64,000 nt of DNA from the human T2T-CHM13v2.0 reference genome, Homo sapiens: assembly GCF_009914755.1 (NCBI RefSeq), contig NC_060947.1, one strand, 5' to 3'. Below, piece by piece: positions 45,001 through 59,321 of the stretch (the stretch's first letter is position 1; each line of letters begins with the position of its first letter). The notes beneath the pieces were generated by a model. That model worked only from the letters and a program-made list of their open reading frames with translations. It was not told where the DNA came from and searched no databases. The position numbers and the translations under genes are program-made.

Positions 45001-45125
45001 AGTTTGCTCTGATTTTGGTTATTTATTTTCTTCTACAAGTTTTGGGGTTAGTTTGTTCTTGTTGTTCTAGTTCCTGTAGGTTCAATTTTAGATTGTTAAT
45101 TTAACTAACTTCTTGATGTAGGCTT

Positions 45126-45267
45126 TAAAAAATATATATTTCCATAGGCTTTTGGGGAACAGGTGGTATTTGGTTACATGAGTACGTTCTTTAGCGGTGA
45201 TTTGTGAGATTTTGGTGCACCCATCACCCAAGCAGTATACACTGAACCCAAGTTATAGTCTTTTATT
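45126..45267 (-). mobile_element. Short L1PB1-like 3' end
   Basis: TTCCATAGG...CAGGTGGTATTTGGTTACATGAGTA...GAGATTTTGGTGCACCCATCACCC. Confidence 0.8.
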
Positions 45268-46211
45268 GCTATAAACTTCTTAACACTGCTTTAGCTGTAT
45301 CTCTAACAATTTGGTATGTTGTGTTTACTTTTAACAATTTCAAAGAATTTTTTGATTCATGCCTTATTTCATTGTTTACCAAAAGTCATTCAGGAGGAAG
45401 TTGTCTATTTGCATATAATTTTTTGGTATTAAGAGATCTTTTTGATATTGATTTCTATTTTTATTGCCCTGTAGTCCAAGAGTGTGGCTGGTATGATTTT
45501 GATATATATATATATTTTAATTTTGTGATACTTGCTTTATGGGTGAGCATGTAGTCAATCTTAGAATATGTTCTGTGTGCATATGAGAAGAATGTTTTTT
45601 CTGGAATTGTTGGATGGAGTATTCTCTAGATGTCTTTTAGCTGTCCAATTGGTCAAGTGTCAAGTTTAAGTCCAGAATGTCCTTGTTAACTTTCTGCCCT
45701 TGAAGAACTAACACTGTCAGTGGGGTGTTGAAGTCCCTCGCTATTATTGTGTGACTGTGTAAGACTTTTTGTAGGTTGAGGAAAACTTGTTTTATGAATC
45801 TGAGTGTTCCTATGTTGGGTGCATATAAATTTAGGATAAATTTTCTTGTTGAATTGAGCCATTTATTATTATGTAATGCCCTTCTTTGTCCATTTTGACT
45901 GTTGTTCATTTAATGTCTGTTTTATCTGTTGTAAGAATAGCGACCTTTGCTCTGTTTTTTTTTTTTTTTTTTCAATTTGCATGATAGCTTTTTCTCCATC
46001 CCCTTACTTTTAGCTTGTGGTTGTCATTATATGTGACATGGCTTTCTTGAAGACAGTAGAAGGTTGGGGCTTGTATTTTTTTTTTTAAATCCAATTTGCC
46101 ACTCTCTCTTTTTAGTAGAGTATTTAGACCCTTTACATTCAAGCTTAATAAAGATATTTGAGGTTTTGGTCCTGGTCATTGTGTTGTTAGCTGGTTATTT
46201 TATAGACTTCA

Positions 46212-46514
<303 letters not shown>

Positions 46515-47343
46515 TTAGTGTATGTGGGCAATGTACTTAGGTACATTAAATACTGTTTTTGTGGTAACAGTAATTGTTCTTTCATTTCCATGTTTAACAC
46601 TTTCATAACATCCTCTTGTAAGGCCAACCTAGTGGTAATAAATTCCCTTAGCTGTTGCTTTTCTGAAAAAAAATATGTCTCCTTCACTTAAGAAGCTTAG
46701 TTTGGCATAATATGAAATTCTTGGTTGGAATTTATTTTCTTTATTGATCCTAAAATATGCCTTCAATTTCTTCTGGCTTGTGACTTTTCCATTAGAAAGT
46801 CTGCTGTTAGCCTGATGGGGTTCCTTTTTTATGTCACCTGACACGGGTCTGTAGCTTCCTTTAAGATTTTTTTCTTTAATGTTGATCTCAGACGATCTCA
46901 TGAGTATGTGTCTTTGGAATGGTCATCTTCCATAGTATATTGCAGTTTTTTTTTTCTTGAATTTGCATGTCAATTTCTCTAACAAGGTAGGGAAGATTTT
47001 CATTAACTATATCATCAAATATGTTCTCTAAGTTTCTTATTCTCTCAGGAATGCCAGTGTGTTGCAGGTTTGGTCTCCCTATATAATTCCATATTTCTCA
47101 GACATTTTGGCCACTTTTAAAAATTCTTTTAAAAAAATGTCTACTTGAGTTGATTCAAGACTGGTCTTCAAACTGAAATTTTTTATTAGCTTGCTGTATT
47201 CTTTTGTTAATACTTTCAATTATATTGTACAATTATTGTAGTAATTTTTTTCAGTTCTGTAAGTTGAGTTTGGTTCTTTTGTAAAATTGCTATGTCATGT
47301 TTCTTCTCTTGGATCATTTTACTGGTTTCCTTGAATTGGGTTT

Positions 47344-49121
47344 TGTATTAGTTCATGTATGTTGCTATAAAGGAATACCTGTGACTGGGTAGTTTATGAA
47401 AAAAAGATATTTATTTTAGCTCAGGATTCTGAGTGTTGTACATGATGTATGGCACCAACATTTCTCCTTGTGAGGACCGTAGGAAGCTTTCAATCATGGC
47501 AGAAGACAAAGGGCATGCTGACACATCAGACGGTGAGAGAGGGAGTGGGAGGGGTACCACACTTTTTAAAAGAATTATATCTTATGTGCATTCAGAGCAA
47601 GATATCACTCATATCATGAGGACAACACCAAGCCATTCATGAGGGATCTGCCCCAGTGATACAAACACCTACTACTGTGCCTACCTCCAATATTGGAGGT
47701 CATATTTTAACATCAGATTTGGAGAGGATAAAACACCCAAACCATATCATTCCATCCCTGGCCCCCCAAATTTTATGTTCTTCTTAGATTGCAATATAAA
47801 ATTATCCCTTACCAATAATCTCCCAAAGTCTTAACTAGTTCCAAGCATTAACTTAAATGTCCAAAATCTCACCCAAGACTCTAGGTACATTTCTTCCACA
47901 TTTTTTTTTTTTTTTTTTTTTTTGCCTGTAGAATAAAAAACATGCTATTTACTTGCAAGATGCAATGGTGGTACAGGCATTGAGTAGGCATTCCCATTCC
48001 AAAATAGAGAAAATAGCCAATAGAAAGGGGCAATAGGCCCCCCAGAAGTCTGAAACCCAGCAGGGCAGACTTTAATTCTTAAAGCTCCAAAATAATCCTT
48101 GAATCCATGTCCCACATCTAGGGTACACTGATGCAGGGGGTGGGGTCGAAAGGCCTTGGGCAGCTCTACCCATATGGCTTTGCATGATGTAGCCCCTGTT
48201 GCTACTCTCATGGGTTGAAGTTGAGTGTCTGTGGCTTTTCCAAGCTCAGGGTGCAAGCTGTCAATGGATCTACCTCTTTGGGGTCTAGAAGGCTGCAGCT
48301 CTGTTTCCACAGCTCCACTAGGCAGTGCCATAATGGGGACTCTCTGTGGGGTGTCCAACCCCATACTTCCCTTCCACACTGCCCTATTAGATGTATTCTG
48401 AAGGGTGTCTGCCTGTGGAGCAGGCCTCTTTGTGGGAACCCAGGCTTTTCCATACATTTTCTGAAATCCAGGGGTAAGCTACTAATTTTCCTTACCTCTT
48501 GCATTTTGCAAGCCTGCAGACTTAACAATACATGGAGGCAGTCAAGAATTACAACTTATACTTTCTGAAGCAGTGGCCAAAGCTGTACCTGGGACACTTT
48601 GTGCTGAGGCTGGAACTGGAGCAATCTAGATGTTTGGAACAGTGTACCAAGACTACACAGGGCAGCAGGGTCCTTTTCCTGGCCTCATGGACCATTCTTT
48701 TCTCCTAGGCATCTGGATCTGTGATGGGACAGACTGCCTCAGATATTTCTGAAATGCCTTTAGGCCTTTTTTTTCATTGATTCAGATATTAGCACTTGGA
48801 TCCCCTTTAGTCATGTAAATCTCTCCAGCATGTAGTTGCTCCTCAACCCCACTTGTATTCTTCCCCTGAAAGTATTCTTTCCTTCTCTACCACACTGCCA
48901 GGTTTTGACTTTTTAAAACTTTTATGCTCTTCTTTCCTTTCAAATATAAGTTCCCACTTTAAGTCATTCCTTTACTCCCTTATCTGATCATTGGCTGTTA
49001 GAGGCAGCCAGGTCATGTCTTGAATACTTTACTGCTTAGAAATGTATTCTTCCAGATACTTTAAGTCATTACTCTTAAGTTTAAACTTCCAGAGAACCCT
49101 AGGACATGAGCTTAATGCAGG

Positions 49122-49156
<35 letters not shown>

Positions 49157-50293
49157 TGGGCATAATATGAGTGATCTTTACTCTAGTCTCAAAAACTTTC
49201 TCATTTCCGTCACAGTCCTTGTCAGCCTGGCTTCACTGTCCATATTTCTACCAGCATTTTGGTTACAACCACTTAACAATCCTCTAAGAAGTTTCAAACC
49301 ATTCCCTACATCTTCTTATCTTCTTCTGAGTTCTCCAAATGCTTCCAACCTCTGCCAGCTGCCAAGTTCCAAAGCTGATTCCATATATTGTATTATCTTT
49401 GTAGCAATGCCCCACTTCCCATTACCATTTGTTTTTGTATGAACTCATTTGCATTGTTATAAAGAAGTACCTAAGACTGGGTAATTTATAGAGAAAAGAG
49501 ATTTATTTTGGCTCATGATTCTGAAGGCTGTACAGGAATGCATGGCACCAGCATCTGCTAATGGTGAGGGCCTCAGGAAGCTTTCTATCATAGTAGAAGG
49601 CAAAGGAGGAGCTGCTGTATAACATGGTGTGTGTGTAGGGGGGGTGGGTGGGAGTAAGTGCTAAACTATTTTTTAAAAATTATTATTTTTTTAAATTGTG
49701 AGTACATAGTAGGTATATATACTTGTGGGGTACATGAGATATTTTGATAAAGGCATGCAATGTGAAATAAGCATGTCATGGAGAATGAGGTAGCCATCCC
49801 CTCAAGCATTTATCCTATGAGTAACAAATAATCCAATTACATTCTTTAAGTTATTTTAAAATATACAATTAAGTTATTGACTATAGTCATCCTATTAGGC
49901 TATCAAATAGAATAGCGGATCTTATTCATTCTTTCAACTATTTTTTGTACCCATTAACAATCCCCACCTTCCCATCAAAACCCCACCACACTTCCCAGCC
50001 TCTGGTACCTATCCTTCTACTCTCTCTGTCTATAAGTTCAATTGTTTTGATTTTAAGATACCATAAATAAGTGAGAACATGTTATTTTTGCCTTTCTGTG
50101 CTATAATCTTTTAACCAACTAGATCTTGTGTGAACTCAGAGTGAGAACATACTCATTACTGTGAGAAAAGTACCAAGCCATTCATGAGGGATCTGCCCCC
50201 ATGACCCAAAACCTTTAACTAGATTCACCTCCAATATTGGAGGTCACATGTCAACATGAGATTTGGAGAGGACAAAATATCCAAACCATATCA
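47344..50293 (-). mobile_element. Complete MSTB-like MaLR (LTR 47344-47748, internal, LTR 49436-50293)
   Basis: Two LTRs, ~1.7-kb MaLR internal, perfect TSD GGTTT (47339-43 and 50294-98). Confidence 0.9.
49668..50102 (-). mobile_element. L1MA1-like 3' end inserted in the MST LTR
   Basis: GCAATGTGAAATAAGCATGTCATGGAGAATG...; degenerate TSD GTGCTAAACTATTTT / GTGCTATAATCTTTT. Confidence 0.85.
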
Positions 50294-50687
50294 GGTTTCA
50301 ACTTTCTCCTGAATGTCTTCCTTGCCATCTAGATTCTAAATTCTATGGATGTCATTTCAATTAGGTTAAGAACTATTTCTAGGGAGTTAGTACCATCATT
50401 TGGAGGTAAGAGGACCCTGACTTTTTAAATTGGCATTGTTCTCAGGCTGATTCTTTCTCATCTGAAAGTGCTGGCATTCCTTTATCATTTTGAATTGCTG
50501 TCTTTTGGATGGGGCTTTTTGTTTTTATCTACTTTATTTCCCTGAGTTTGACTTTGGTGTAAGTTGAGAATGGTCTATTGGCTTCACTTCTGGGTGCTTT
50601 CAGAGGGCCAAGACTCTGCATGGGATCTTTATTTGTGGCTAAATTCCTGCGTTGGGTTTCACAGGCAAGGTATACTGGAAGAAATCT

Positions 50688-50714
50688 TTGTTGTTGTTGT
50701 TGTTGTTGTTGTTG
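50688..50714. repeat. (TTG)n microsatellite
   Basis: Direct reading. Confidence 0.9.
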
Positions 50715-51396
50715 ATGATGTAGTGCAGGCTGCAATCTAGTAGATCTGCAATCCGGTAGATGACACCTAAGAGTAATGTCCAGCAGATAGGCTCTTAATG
50801 ACATGCCTCTTTTGTATTTTAGCGCATTCACAGCTGTTCTATGTGGGGAGAGATATGGGGGATGGGAGGAGAGATGACTCCCCTGCCAGGTCCATTCCCA
50901 GGCCTTAGGGGACCCCTCTCCAATCACTGTCACCCTGTCTGTAATTCCTTAGCCCCAAAGGGGGCCCTGCCAGGCTGCACTTTCCTCTCCTTTAGGGTTG
51001 GCTCAAGCTGAAGGTTAGTTCACCAGGAGATCTACAGAATGCTGGAGGCCCACTGATCCTCTGCGCTTGGCAGAATCAGAGTGGGTTGTGGGGCATGCCT
51101 GCGTGTGGTCTGTTCATGCAGTAGATCAAGAGCAGGGGATCTTCAGGCAGGGCAGTGTTGCTGTGGGTGTGCCACTGGTATGGCACAAACATCCCAAGGA
51201 TTTTTGCCCATAAGACAGCTATAGGGACCGCCTAGATCATTCTCCTTTGACTGGGTCTCCTTCCAGTGGCTTCCCCAGTAACTGGCCCAGTCATCTACTT
51301 TTGTCCTAAGCCTTCTGCACCAAGCTCACTGGGGTATTAGGTGTTCCAGTCTGTGGGGCTCCCTTGGGCAGAGGCTGTAGCTGAAAGACAAGTAAC

Positions 51397-52346
51397 GAGG
51401 TGTGAACTACTCAACCTTGTGCCCAAGCATAACCTAGTGAATATCATCCTAACCATCCTGTGGGTAACCATAGTTATAGATTAGTGCCACATAGCCAAGA
51501 TGTTTTATTTGGAGCTAATCAATAAATAATCAGTTATTTGCCAATCTGAACTTTGTAATCAGTACTTGTAATACAGTGGCATGCCAATCAGTATTTTGTA
51601 ACACAATGATGTGGATAAACCATTCTTTGGGTATCCATCCTATATCTGCTAACCAATAAATAATCAGTTATTATGTCTAATTAGTGGCATACCAATCAGT
51701 ACTTTGTAATAAAATGATGCAGATATACCATTCTTTGGGTATGCATCCTATATCTCTATGTTCAGTTGGGCTATTTATCTTTGGTGTGATTTTTCTGTTC
51801 CCCAAATTAAGGTACATTTTGACAAGGCTAGCCAAAACAGGAGGTGAGCCAAATAAACCCATATGAAATGTGTATTATACCATCCTGAAATTGAGTTTTT
51901 GATTGGGGTATCATTATTTTCTTCTCTTTTAGCTGGGGTAGTGCCACAGCAAAAGATAGTGAGCCAGTTTTCTTCTACCAAGAAGCTCTTCTTATGTCCC
52001 TTATTTAGTAAAGTATCACTCATAGGGCAGTAATATACATTATCCTTAGTCATACTAGAGTTAAGGTTGCCAGACTATTTTTGTGATGAACGAATAAAAT
52101 TTTTATGCTGTATTCAGTCTTGCCCTTGGAGGAGTGATACCCACCATGGTAGGCCAGAACCACTGGACTGGAGCATGAGGCCACATATACAGCAAGAATT
52201 TTTGTGTAATCTATCAGCATAGTTTGGGAATCATTGCAAAAAGAGGTTTTCTTCATGGGCAACAGCTTGTGGTAGTAGTACCAGGACATAAGGACTAAGG
52301 ATAAAAATAATTTTAGTGAGCGCTTATAAAAGAAAATCTTCTGCAT
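51397..52346 (-). pseudogene. env SU remnant
   Basis: Signal-peptide-like start; NYADRLHKNSCCICGLM (CXXC) at ~52170-52225; APNKTSWLCGTNL*LWLPTGWLG*YSLGYAWAQG at ~51410-51515. Confidence 0.75.
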
Positions 52347-52449
52347 CTCTTAACAATTTTTAGTATTAAACATTTATTTAGCTACAAGCCTGGTCCACAG
52401 TTTTGAGTTTTAGCTGTCTGTATCACATGCCATCTTTTTCTCAGCCTGG

Positions 52450-55400
52450 TGTCAAGTTAATTCAAAGTTGGAGGTCACCTTCTGGAGAAACAGTCAAATC
52501 AGAAGTCTCGGCCTTCTTTAGATAATACATATGAATCCATGAATTTATGCCTTCTAACGTAGCAGTGCAAGGGTTGGTAAGGAGTACCTGATAAGGTCCA
52601 TACCACTTTGGTAAAAGAGAGGTGTTTTTTTTTTTTTGTTTTTTTTTTTAAATAAATATTGTTTCCAATAGACAAAATCTCCTAGTTGAAGTCCATGGTC
52701 CTTGGAAGTTTTGTTTTCTGGGAGTTAACAGTGAAAACGTTCTTTTACTAATTTATAATTTGTATGTAATTGTGTCATAAGGCCATTACAACAGCTAAAC
52801 ATGTCTCCATTTGCTATTAAAGGCACAGTTTCCTGGAGACAATTTCACAGGTCTGCCTTTTATCATTTTGAATGGGGATAACTGGTACTTGCCAAAAATG
52901 TTCAACCCCAGACTAAGAAGAATCCATGGAAGAGCTTTTGGCCAAGGAATTTAAAAGCCTCATTTGATTTTTTGAACTGAGTTTTGATTATTCCGTTCAT
53001 CAATTCCACTAACCCAGATGACAGGGGATGGTAAACACAATGGAAATGTTGGAGAATGGGCCAAATTTTACACACCAATTGAATTATTTGTCTAGTGAAG
53101 TGAGTGCCACTGTTGCTATGAGTTTCCAGAACTCCCAAGGTTGGAATATTTTTTTGTAAGTGAATTTTACTCACCAACAAGCCTGTTGCTATTTTGTGTG
53201 AAAATGCCTCTACCCATTCTGAAAATGTGCAAATCATTACCAGAGCATATTTGCATGTTTCTTGAAGATGGTAACTGGGTGAAATCTAATTGCTGTGCCT
53301 GAAAAGGGGCCTTGGGTGAGGGAAAATGTCCTTGAGAGCTATGTAGTAATTTCCTTAGATTATATTTTTAACAAACGTAATAGCAATTTCATACCTTATG
53401 AGCTATAAGAAGTTTCCAAAAATATTGTTTTTCCCAAGCAATTGTTTTGTCAGGGCTCCAGTGAGTTAGGTCTTGTATATAGGTTAAAAATGGTAACCGT
53501 AATTCAGCAGCAAGTATAGGCAAATTGTTTGGCCCATACTATACCTTTTCTTTGCGGGAACATATTTCCTTTTTGTTTTCCAACTTTTCTGTTCTAATAT
53601 TGGAGCTCTGGATTGAGCTAATTTTATGTTAAATTCAGAGTTTTTTTAAAGTTAATATAGATCTCTTTTTATTTTCTGTTGGTTCGTTTGTTTGTTTGTT
53701 TAGATGCATTTAGAACAGCTTTGTGCTACTTTATCAGCTAGCTAATTTCCTTTGCTTTCTGGTGTATCTGATTTCAAATGGCCTGAGATTTTAATTATGG
53801 CCAGCGATTTTGGGAATAATATGTCTTCCAACAATTGTAAAATTGTCTGCTCATTTTCTATGAATTGACTAGAAGAGGTTAAAAATTCTCTCTGTTCCCA
53901 TTGTATTCCATAATTATGAGCTACTTTGAAAGCATATCTACTGTTTGTATAGATATTAGCAGTTGCTCTTTTTGACAATCAACAAGCCCTAATCAATAAA
54001 ATTAATTCTGCTTTTGGAGCTGAGGTGGCTTCTGGAAGTTAAGCACGTTCTGTTTTTTCAGTTAAAGATAATATTGAGTAGCTTGCACGGTAAGTCCCAG
54101 ATACATCCTTTAAGGTCCATCTTTAAACCAAACTACATCAGCATGATTAAGGAGACTCTCTTCTCGTAGGACAGAGAAGTTGAAAAGTTAAGGTTATTCA
54201 ATTGTGCAGTGTTTCATCTGAAAGTAAAGGCAGAAGAACTGTAGGACTTAGATTTTTATGCCTAGAGATGGTGATATGAGAAGCTGAAAAAGGTAAAACT
54301 TCATATAAAGCTAATCTGCTAACTGAATAACGTTGAGTGTGGTGAAGGTTAGCAATGATTTCACAAAATGAGGGATGAAAACACTATGGGATATCCTCTT
54401 TACAATTTCTTCAGTTGCCTTAACCAACAAAGCAGTGACTATTATGGCAGTGCCACAAGGTGGTAGTTCTATAGCCACCGGGTATAACTGATGGCTATAA
54501 TACCCTAACAGGTTCATTTTGGTCTCAATGTTTTTGAGTTAGGACCCTCAAAAGTGTTAGCACTACTTTCACGTATATATAATGAAAATGAAAAATTATA
54601 ATTTGGATGCCCCAAAGCTGAGGTATTAGCAAGGTAATATTTTATCATTTCTAATGTTAGTTGATCTTTTGTCCAATCTAGAGGGTCTAGTATGTCTTGT
54701 TTTAAGACAGCATATAAGGGCTGGCATTTTAAGACATAGCTTGGGATTCACTTTTTAAAATATCCTGTCATTCCCCCAAACCCTCTCAACACTTTCTTGG
54801 TTCTCGGTGGTAGAAAAGCTAAGATCTCTTTTAGTCTGTCTGGATTAATAAAAATTCCTTCCTTGGATATTAGATAACCTAAGTAGTTTACTTGTTTTTT
54901 TGACAAAATTGAAGTTTACCTTTAGAAGCCTTGTGTCTCTTTAAGGCTAATTGTTGTAACAAGTGAATCTCATTTTCAATAGAGACTTGCTTATCCTCTT
55001 AGCAGAGGAGTAAATTATCTATCTATTGTATTAACATACATTTTTAAAGTCAATATCTGAGAGAGATCTTTTAATATCTGTAAAAAGTTTGGCTCTTAGT
55101 ATAGTACTGAGGCTTGACTGTCCATGTGTATTGTCTGTTTTCCAAAGTGAAAACAAAGAGAAATGAACTATTTTCATTCATAGAAATACTAAGGAATATA
55201 TAACATAAGTCTATTATAGTAAAGAACTCACCTTCAGTTGGAATGGCAGCTGACAATGTATATGAATTTGGCATTTCTAGATGTTGAGAAATAACAATGT
55301 TTTTAATTGCTCTCAGATTCTGTACAATCATCCATCCTCTACCATCTGGTATCCTTAGAGAAAAGAGAATGCTTATACACTGTTGCTGGGAATGTGTATT

Positions 55401-55506
55401 AGTTCTGTCACTGAAGAAAGCAGTTTTGAGATTTCTCAAAGAAGGATTGGAGTGTTACATGGTCTTTACAGAGAATAGTCTGTCTTCTTTTTATATAATT
55501 TGAAGG
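52450..55506 (-). pseudogene. ERV pol remnant (RT, RNaseH, integrase)
   Basis: PCNTPI, VQNLRA, FFTIIDL, QYTWT..PQ, *IDNLLL; IYTNSRYAF; FSEWVEAF, HP.SSG.VE. Confidence 0.9.
55356..55443 (+). mobile_element. 88-bp internal L1 ORF2 sliver inside the ERV RT
   Basis: Homologous to 56783-56870, with the first 28 bp identical. Confidence 0.75.
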
Positions 55507-57452
55507 CTATTCCTATCAAACTACCAATGTCATTTCTTGACAGAATTGAAAAAAAAACGTCTCTAAATTTCATGTGGAATCAAAAAAAAAAGAACCTGGA
55601 TAGCTAAAGCAATCCTAAGCAAAAAGGACAAAGCTGGAGGCCTCACATTACTTAACTTCAAACTGTACTATAAGTCTACAGTAACCAAAAGAGCATGGTA
55701 CTGGTACAAAAACAGACACATAGGCCAGTGGATCATAATAAACAACCCAGAAATAAAGCTGTATGCCTACAGCCATTTGATCTTTGACAAAGTTGACAAA
55801 ATAAGCAATGGATAAAGGACTCCAAATTCAATAGATGGTGCTAAGATAGCTGGCTAGCCATATGCAGAAGACCAAAACTGGACCTCTTCCTTACACATTA
55901 TACAAAAATCAGCTCAAGGTGGATTAAATACTTAAATATAAAACCCAAAACTATAAAAACCCTGGAATACAACCTAGTCAATACCATTCTACACATAGGA
56001 GTGGGCAAAGATTTCATGACAAAGAGGCCAAAAGCAATTGCAACAAATGGAAAAAAAAAATTAACCAATGGGATCTAATTAAACTAAAGAACTTCTGCAC
56101 AGCAAAACACCATACCAACAGAGTAAACAAACTATTGCATTTAACAAAGGTCTAATATTCAGAATCTATAAGGAACTTAAACAATTTAAAAAGCAAATAA
56201 CTAATAATTCCATTTAAAATGGGCAAAGCATAAATAAGAATGAAACTGTGTCCTTGCAGCAGCATGGATGCCTGAGTGCAGCTGGAGGCTATTATTCTAA
56301 GTGAATTAATGTAGAAACAGAAAACCAAATACTACATGTTCTCACTTATAAGAGGGAGCTAAACACTGAGTACACATGGGCACTAAGAAGAGAACAATAG
56401 ACTCCACAGCTTTCTTGGAGGTGGAGGGTGGGAGGAGGGTGAAGACTAAAAAATTACCTACTGGGTACTATGCTCACTACCTGGGTGTCAAAATCATTTT
56501 TACATCAAACCCCAGCAACACACAATTTACCCATGTCACAAACCTGCCCACGTACCCCCTAAACCTAAAAGTTGGAAGGAAAAAAATGGCAAAAAAACAT
56601 GAACAGACATTTCTCAAAAGAAGACATGTGAGTGTCCGATAAACATACGAAAAATGCTCTTTATCACTAATCATCAGAAAAATGCAAGTCAAAACCACAA
56701 TGCAATATCATCTCACACCAGTCAGAATTGCTATTAGTAAAAAGTAAAAAAAAAAAAAAATAGCAGGTGCTGGAGAAGCTATGGAGAAAAGAGAATGCTT
56801 ATACACTGTTGGTGGTAATGTAAATTAGTTTGGCCTCTGTAGAAAGCAGTGTGGAGATTTTTCAAAGAACTTAAAAAAACAAAACTACCATTCAACCCAC
56901 AACTGCATTCCTGGGTATATACCTAAAGGAAAATAAATCATTCTGTAAAAAAGACACATTCACTCATATGCTTATTGCAGCACTATTTACAATAGCAAAT
57001 ACACGGAATCAACTTATGTTTCCATCAGTGGTAGATTCGCTGAAGAAAATGTGGTACATATACCACGGAATATGCCATAGAATACTATGCAACCATAAGA
57101 CAGAATGAAATAATATCCTTTGCAGCAACATGGATGCAGCTGGAAGTGAATTAATGCAGGAACAAAAACCAAATATATCAAGTTCTCACTAATAAATGGG
57201 AGCTCAACATTGGGTACTCATGGACATAAAGATGGAAACAATAGACACTGGAGACCACTAGAGCGGGAAGGGAGAAAAAGAGAGGGGCATAGGTTCAAAA
57301 ACTAACTATTGGATACTATTCTTACTATCTGGTGACAGGATCATTATTACCCCAAACCTCAGCCTCATGCAATATATTCAGGTAACAAACCTGTACATGT
57401 ATCCCCTGAATCTAAAAGAAAAGTTGAAATTAAAATAATAATAATACAAAAA
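55507..57452 (+). mobile_element. 5'-truncated L1PA15-17-like element inserted in ERV pol
   Basis: ORF2 3' half, 3' UTR and A-rich tail; pol resumes on the minus strand (KGIKPII). Confidence 0.85.
56233..56587 (+). mobile_element. Second L1PA15/16-like 3' end nested in the previous L1
   Basis: Complete 3' UTR; degenerate TSD AAAATGGGCAAA / AAAATGGCAAAA. Confidence 0.8.
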
Positions 57453-59321
57453 TAAGGAAATTATAGGCTTGATCCCTTTTAGTGTTTAAGTTCTCAAATG
57501 ATGTTGTTTAACATTTGAATGAGTTTTTGATGGATCTATTTGAACACTGATTGGGGTGGCAAAGATGATTCTTCCAATATCATTGGAAGACTTTGATCAT
57601 AACTGATCAGGCATTACCTTTAGAAGGTTTTATAATCTTTCATTGCTCAATAATTGAGTGTCTTCTATGGCAACATGGAATGCAATTGAATTTTATTTTG
57701 AACTCTTCTTTATGTCTAGTAACACAGTTTTATCATCTTTTTCTAAATTCAATTTTCCCTTTTTGGGAGAAAAGCATGTGGGTATTATATAATTCCTAGA
57801 AGTCTCTTTCTGTAAGATGGAGGGGGGCTAATATAACTAGAAGGCAAATGTGAGTCCTTTGACACCTAGTTGAAAAGTTAGCGGCTGAGACTTGAATGCT
57901 GATACAGGAGTATTTGTGACACATACCGTTTAAATTTTTTGTTTACTCTGAGCAATGGAATCTTGTCATAAGGTGGAATTTCTTACATATAGTGTGAATC
58001 CACATCAGCAAGAGCTTGTGCTCACAACAAGAGCTTGCGTTAGTTATCTATTTAAAATAATTTTTATTTTTCTCAAAGTGGAAACAGAGACATAAACTTA
58101 AGTATATAATTTAAATTTCTTGGCAAAACCAACAGGGTCCTGGTGAGAATCGGGTAGTTTATTAATTATTTCTTTAAGTTCTACCGTTGACTATGATTGA
58201 TCTTCTAGGTCAGGTTCTACCCTACCTGATACAGGCTGTTGAAGAAATGGAGCTAAAACATAGGAGCAGGAGGAGGCAAAGTTCAGATATTATCAGATTA
58301 AGAAAAGGAGAGGCTGAGAGCGGATAAGGAGAAATTTTCAAAGCCTTTTTAAACTCACAAATTGTTCTAGACAAGTTTTTGTTCCTCCTTTTGTAAAGAA
58401 ATAACTTTATTAGAACGCTTTTTGGAAACTTCCAAATATCACTGAAAACAACTCTCCCAATTATTCTGTTTAATATGGAGCCAGCCTTTTTTGGATTGAG
58501 AATGCAAGTAAATTAGTTTAGGCATTTCAAAGGTATCCCAGTTTGGCCACCACACTTTTGTTTTTTCCACAAGTTATGTGATACCATTTTTTAAAATAGC
58601 AACAGGAGGTGGCCCCATAAATGTTTCACATGATTCCAGCTGTAGTTTCTATATTTGAATCTCTCCTTAAGAGGAAAGACTTGGTTTTGGATAGACTATT
58701 GATTATAACTTGGGTTCTATTCTTAAGTGATTCAAGACTGTAAGGGAAATTTTGGCCACACAAAAATGAAGTTTAGACAGTCAATCAAACAAAGCTCAAG
58801 AAACTGGGCAGTTTAAAGATCACAACTTTTACTTGAGCCACACAGATTCAGTTCTTTCACTTTTTCTCTTTTCAAAGAGAAACTATTTTCTCTGACCAAA
58901 TATCAATGAAAAGAAAGGCTGCAAACTTTAGCAAGTAAGACAAAACAAACAAACACAACAAAACACACACACAAAAACAAACAAACAAAAAAACCACCCT
59001 TAACCTCAAAGAAAAGGGAAACCACAAACCTGGAAATGGCAGAATCTCTAGAGAATTAACACACAAAACTCCTACCTATAAAAGTAAAGCTTCAATTCTT
59101 CTAGCTCCATCAAGCATGGAATCAGGGCACTTGAGTAGAGTCTGAATCTCAGCCAAAGCCAGAAAAGATTCGAAACCCGAGAAAAGCCTTGAAGGGACAC
59201 TTGCCGGTTCCAGTGAGGTCAGATAAATGAAAGCCAATTGTGCTAGTACCAAAGATCCAAATGTTAATGAAGCAGTGTGGATCTTAGGAATTTTGCTTTG
59301 GGTCCTACCTGGATTGCGAAA
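57453..59321 (-). mobile_element. ERV internal: RT start, pro, gag remnants and leader
   Basis: Lies between RT and the PBS; highly degenerate. Confidence 0.65.

Noticed and set aside
47945-48568. Overlapping 100-170 aa ORFs
   Set aside because: They lie within MaLR (MST) internal sequence; decayed and not a host gene
50529-50933. 134-aa poly-Q ORF
   Set aside because: Produced by a (TTG)n microsatellite inside an L1 5' region; no other coding support
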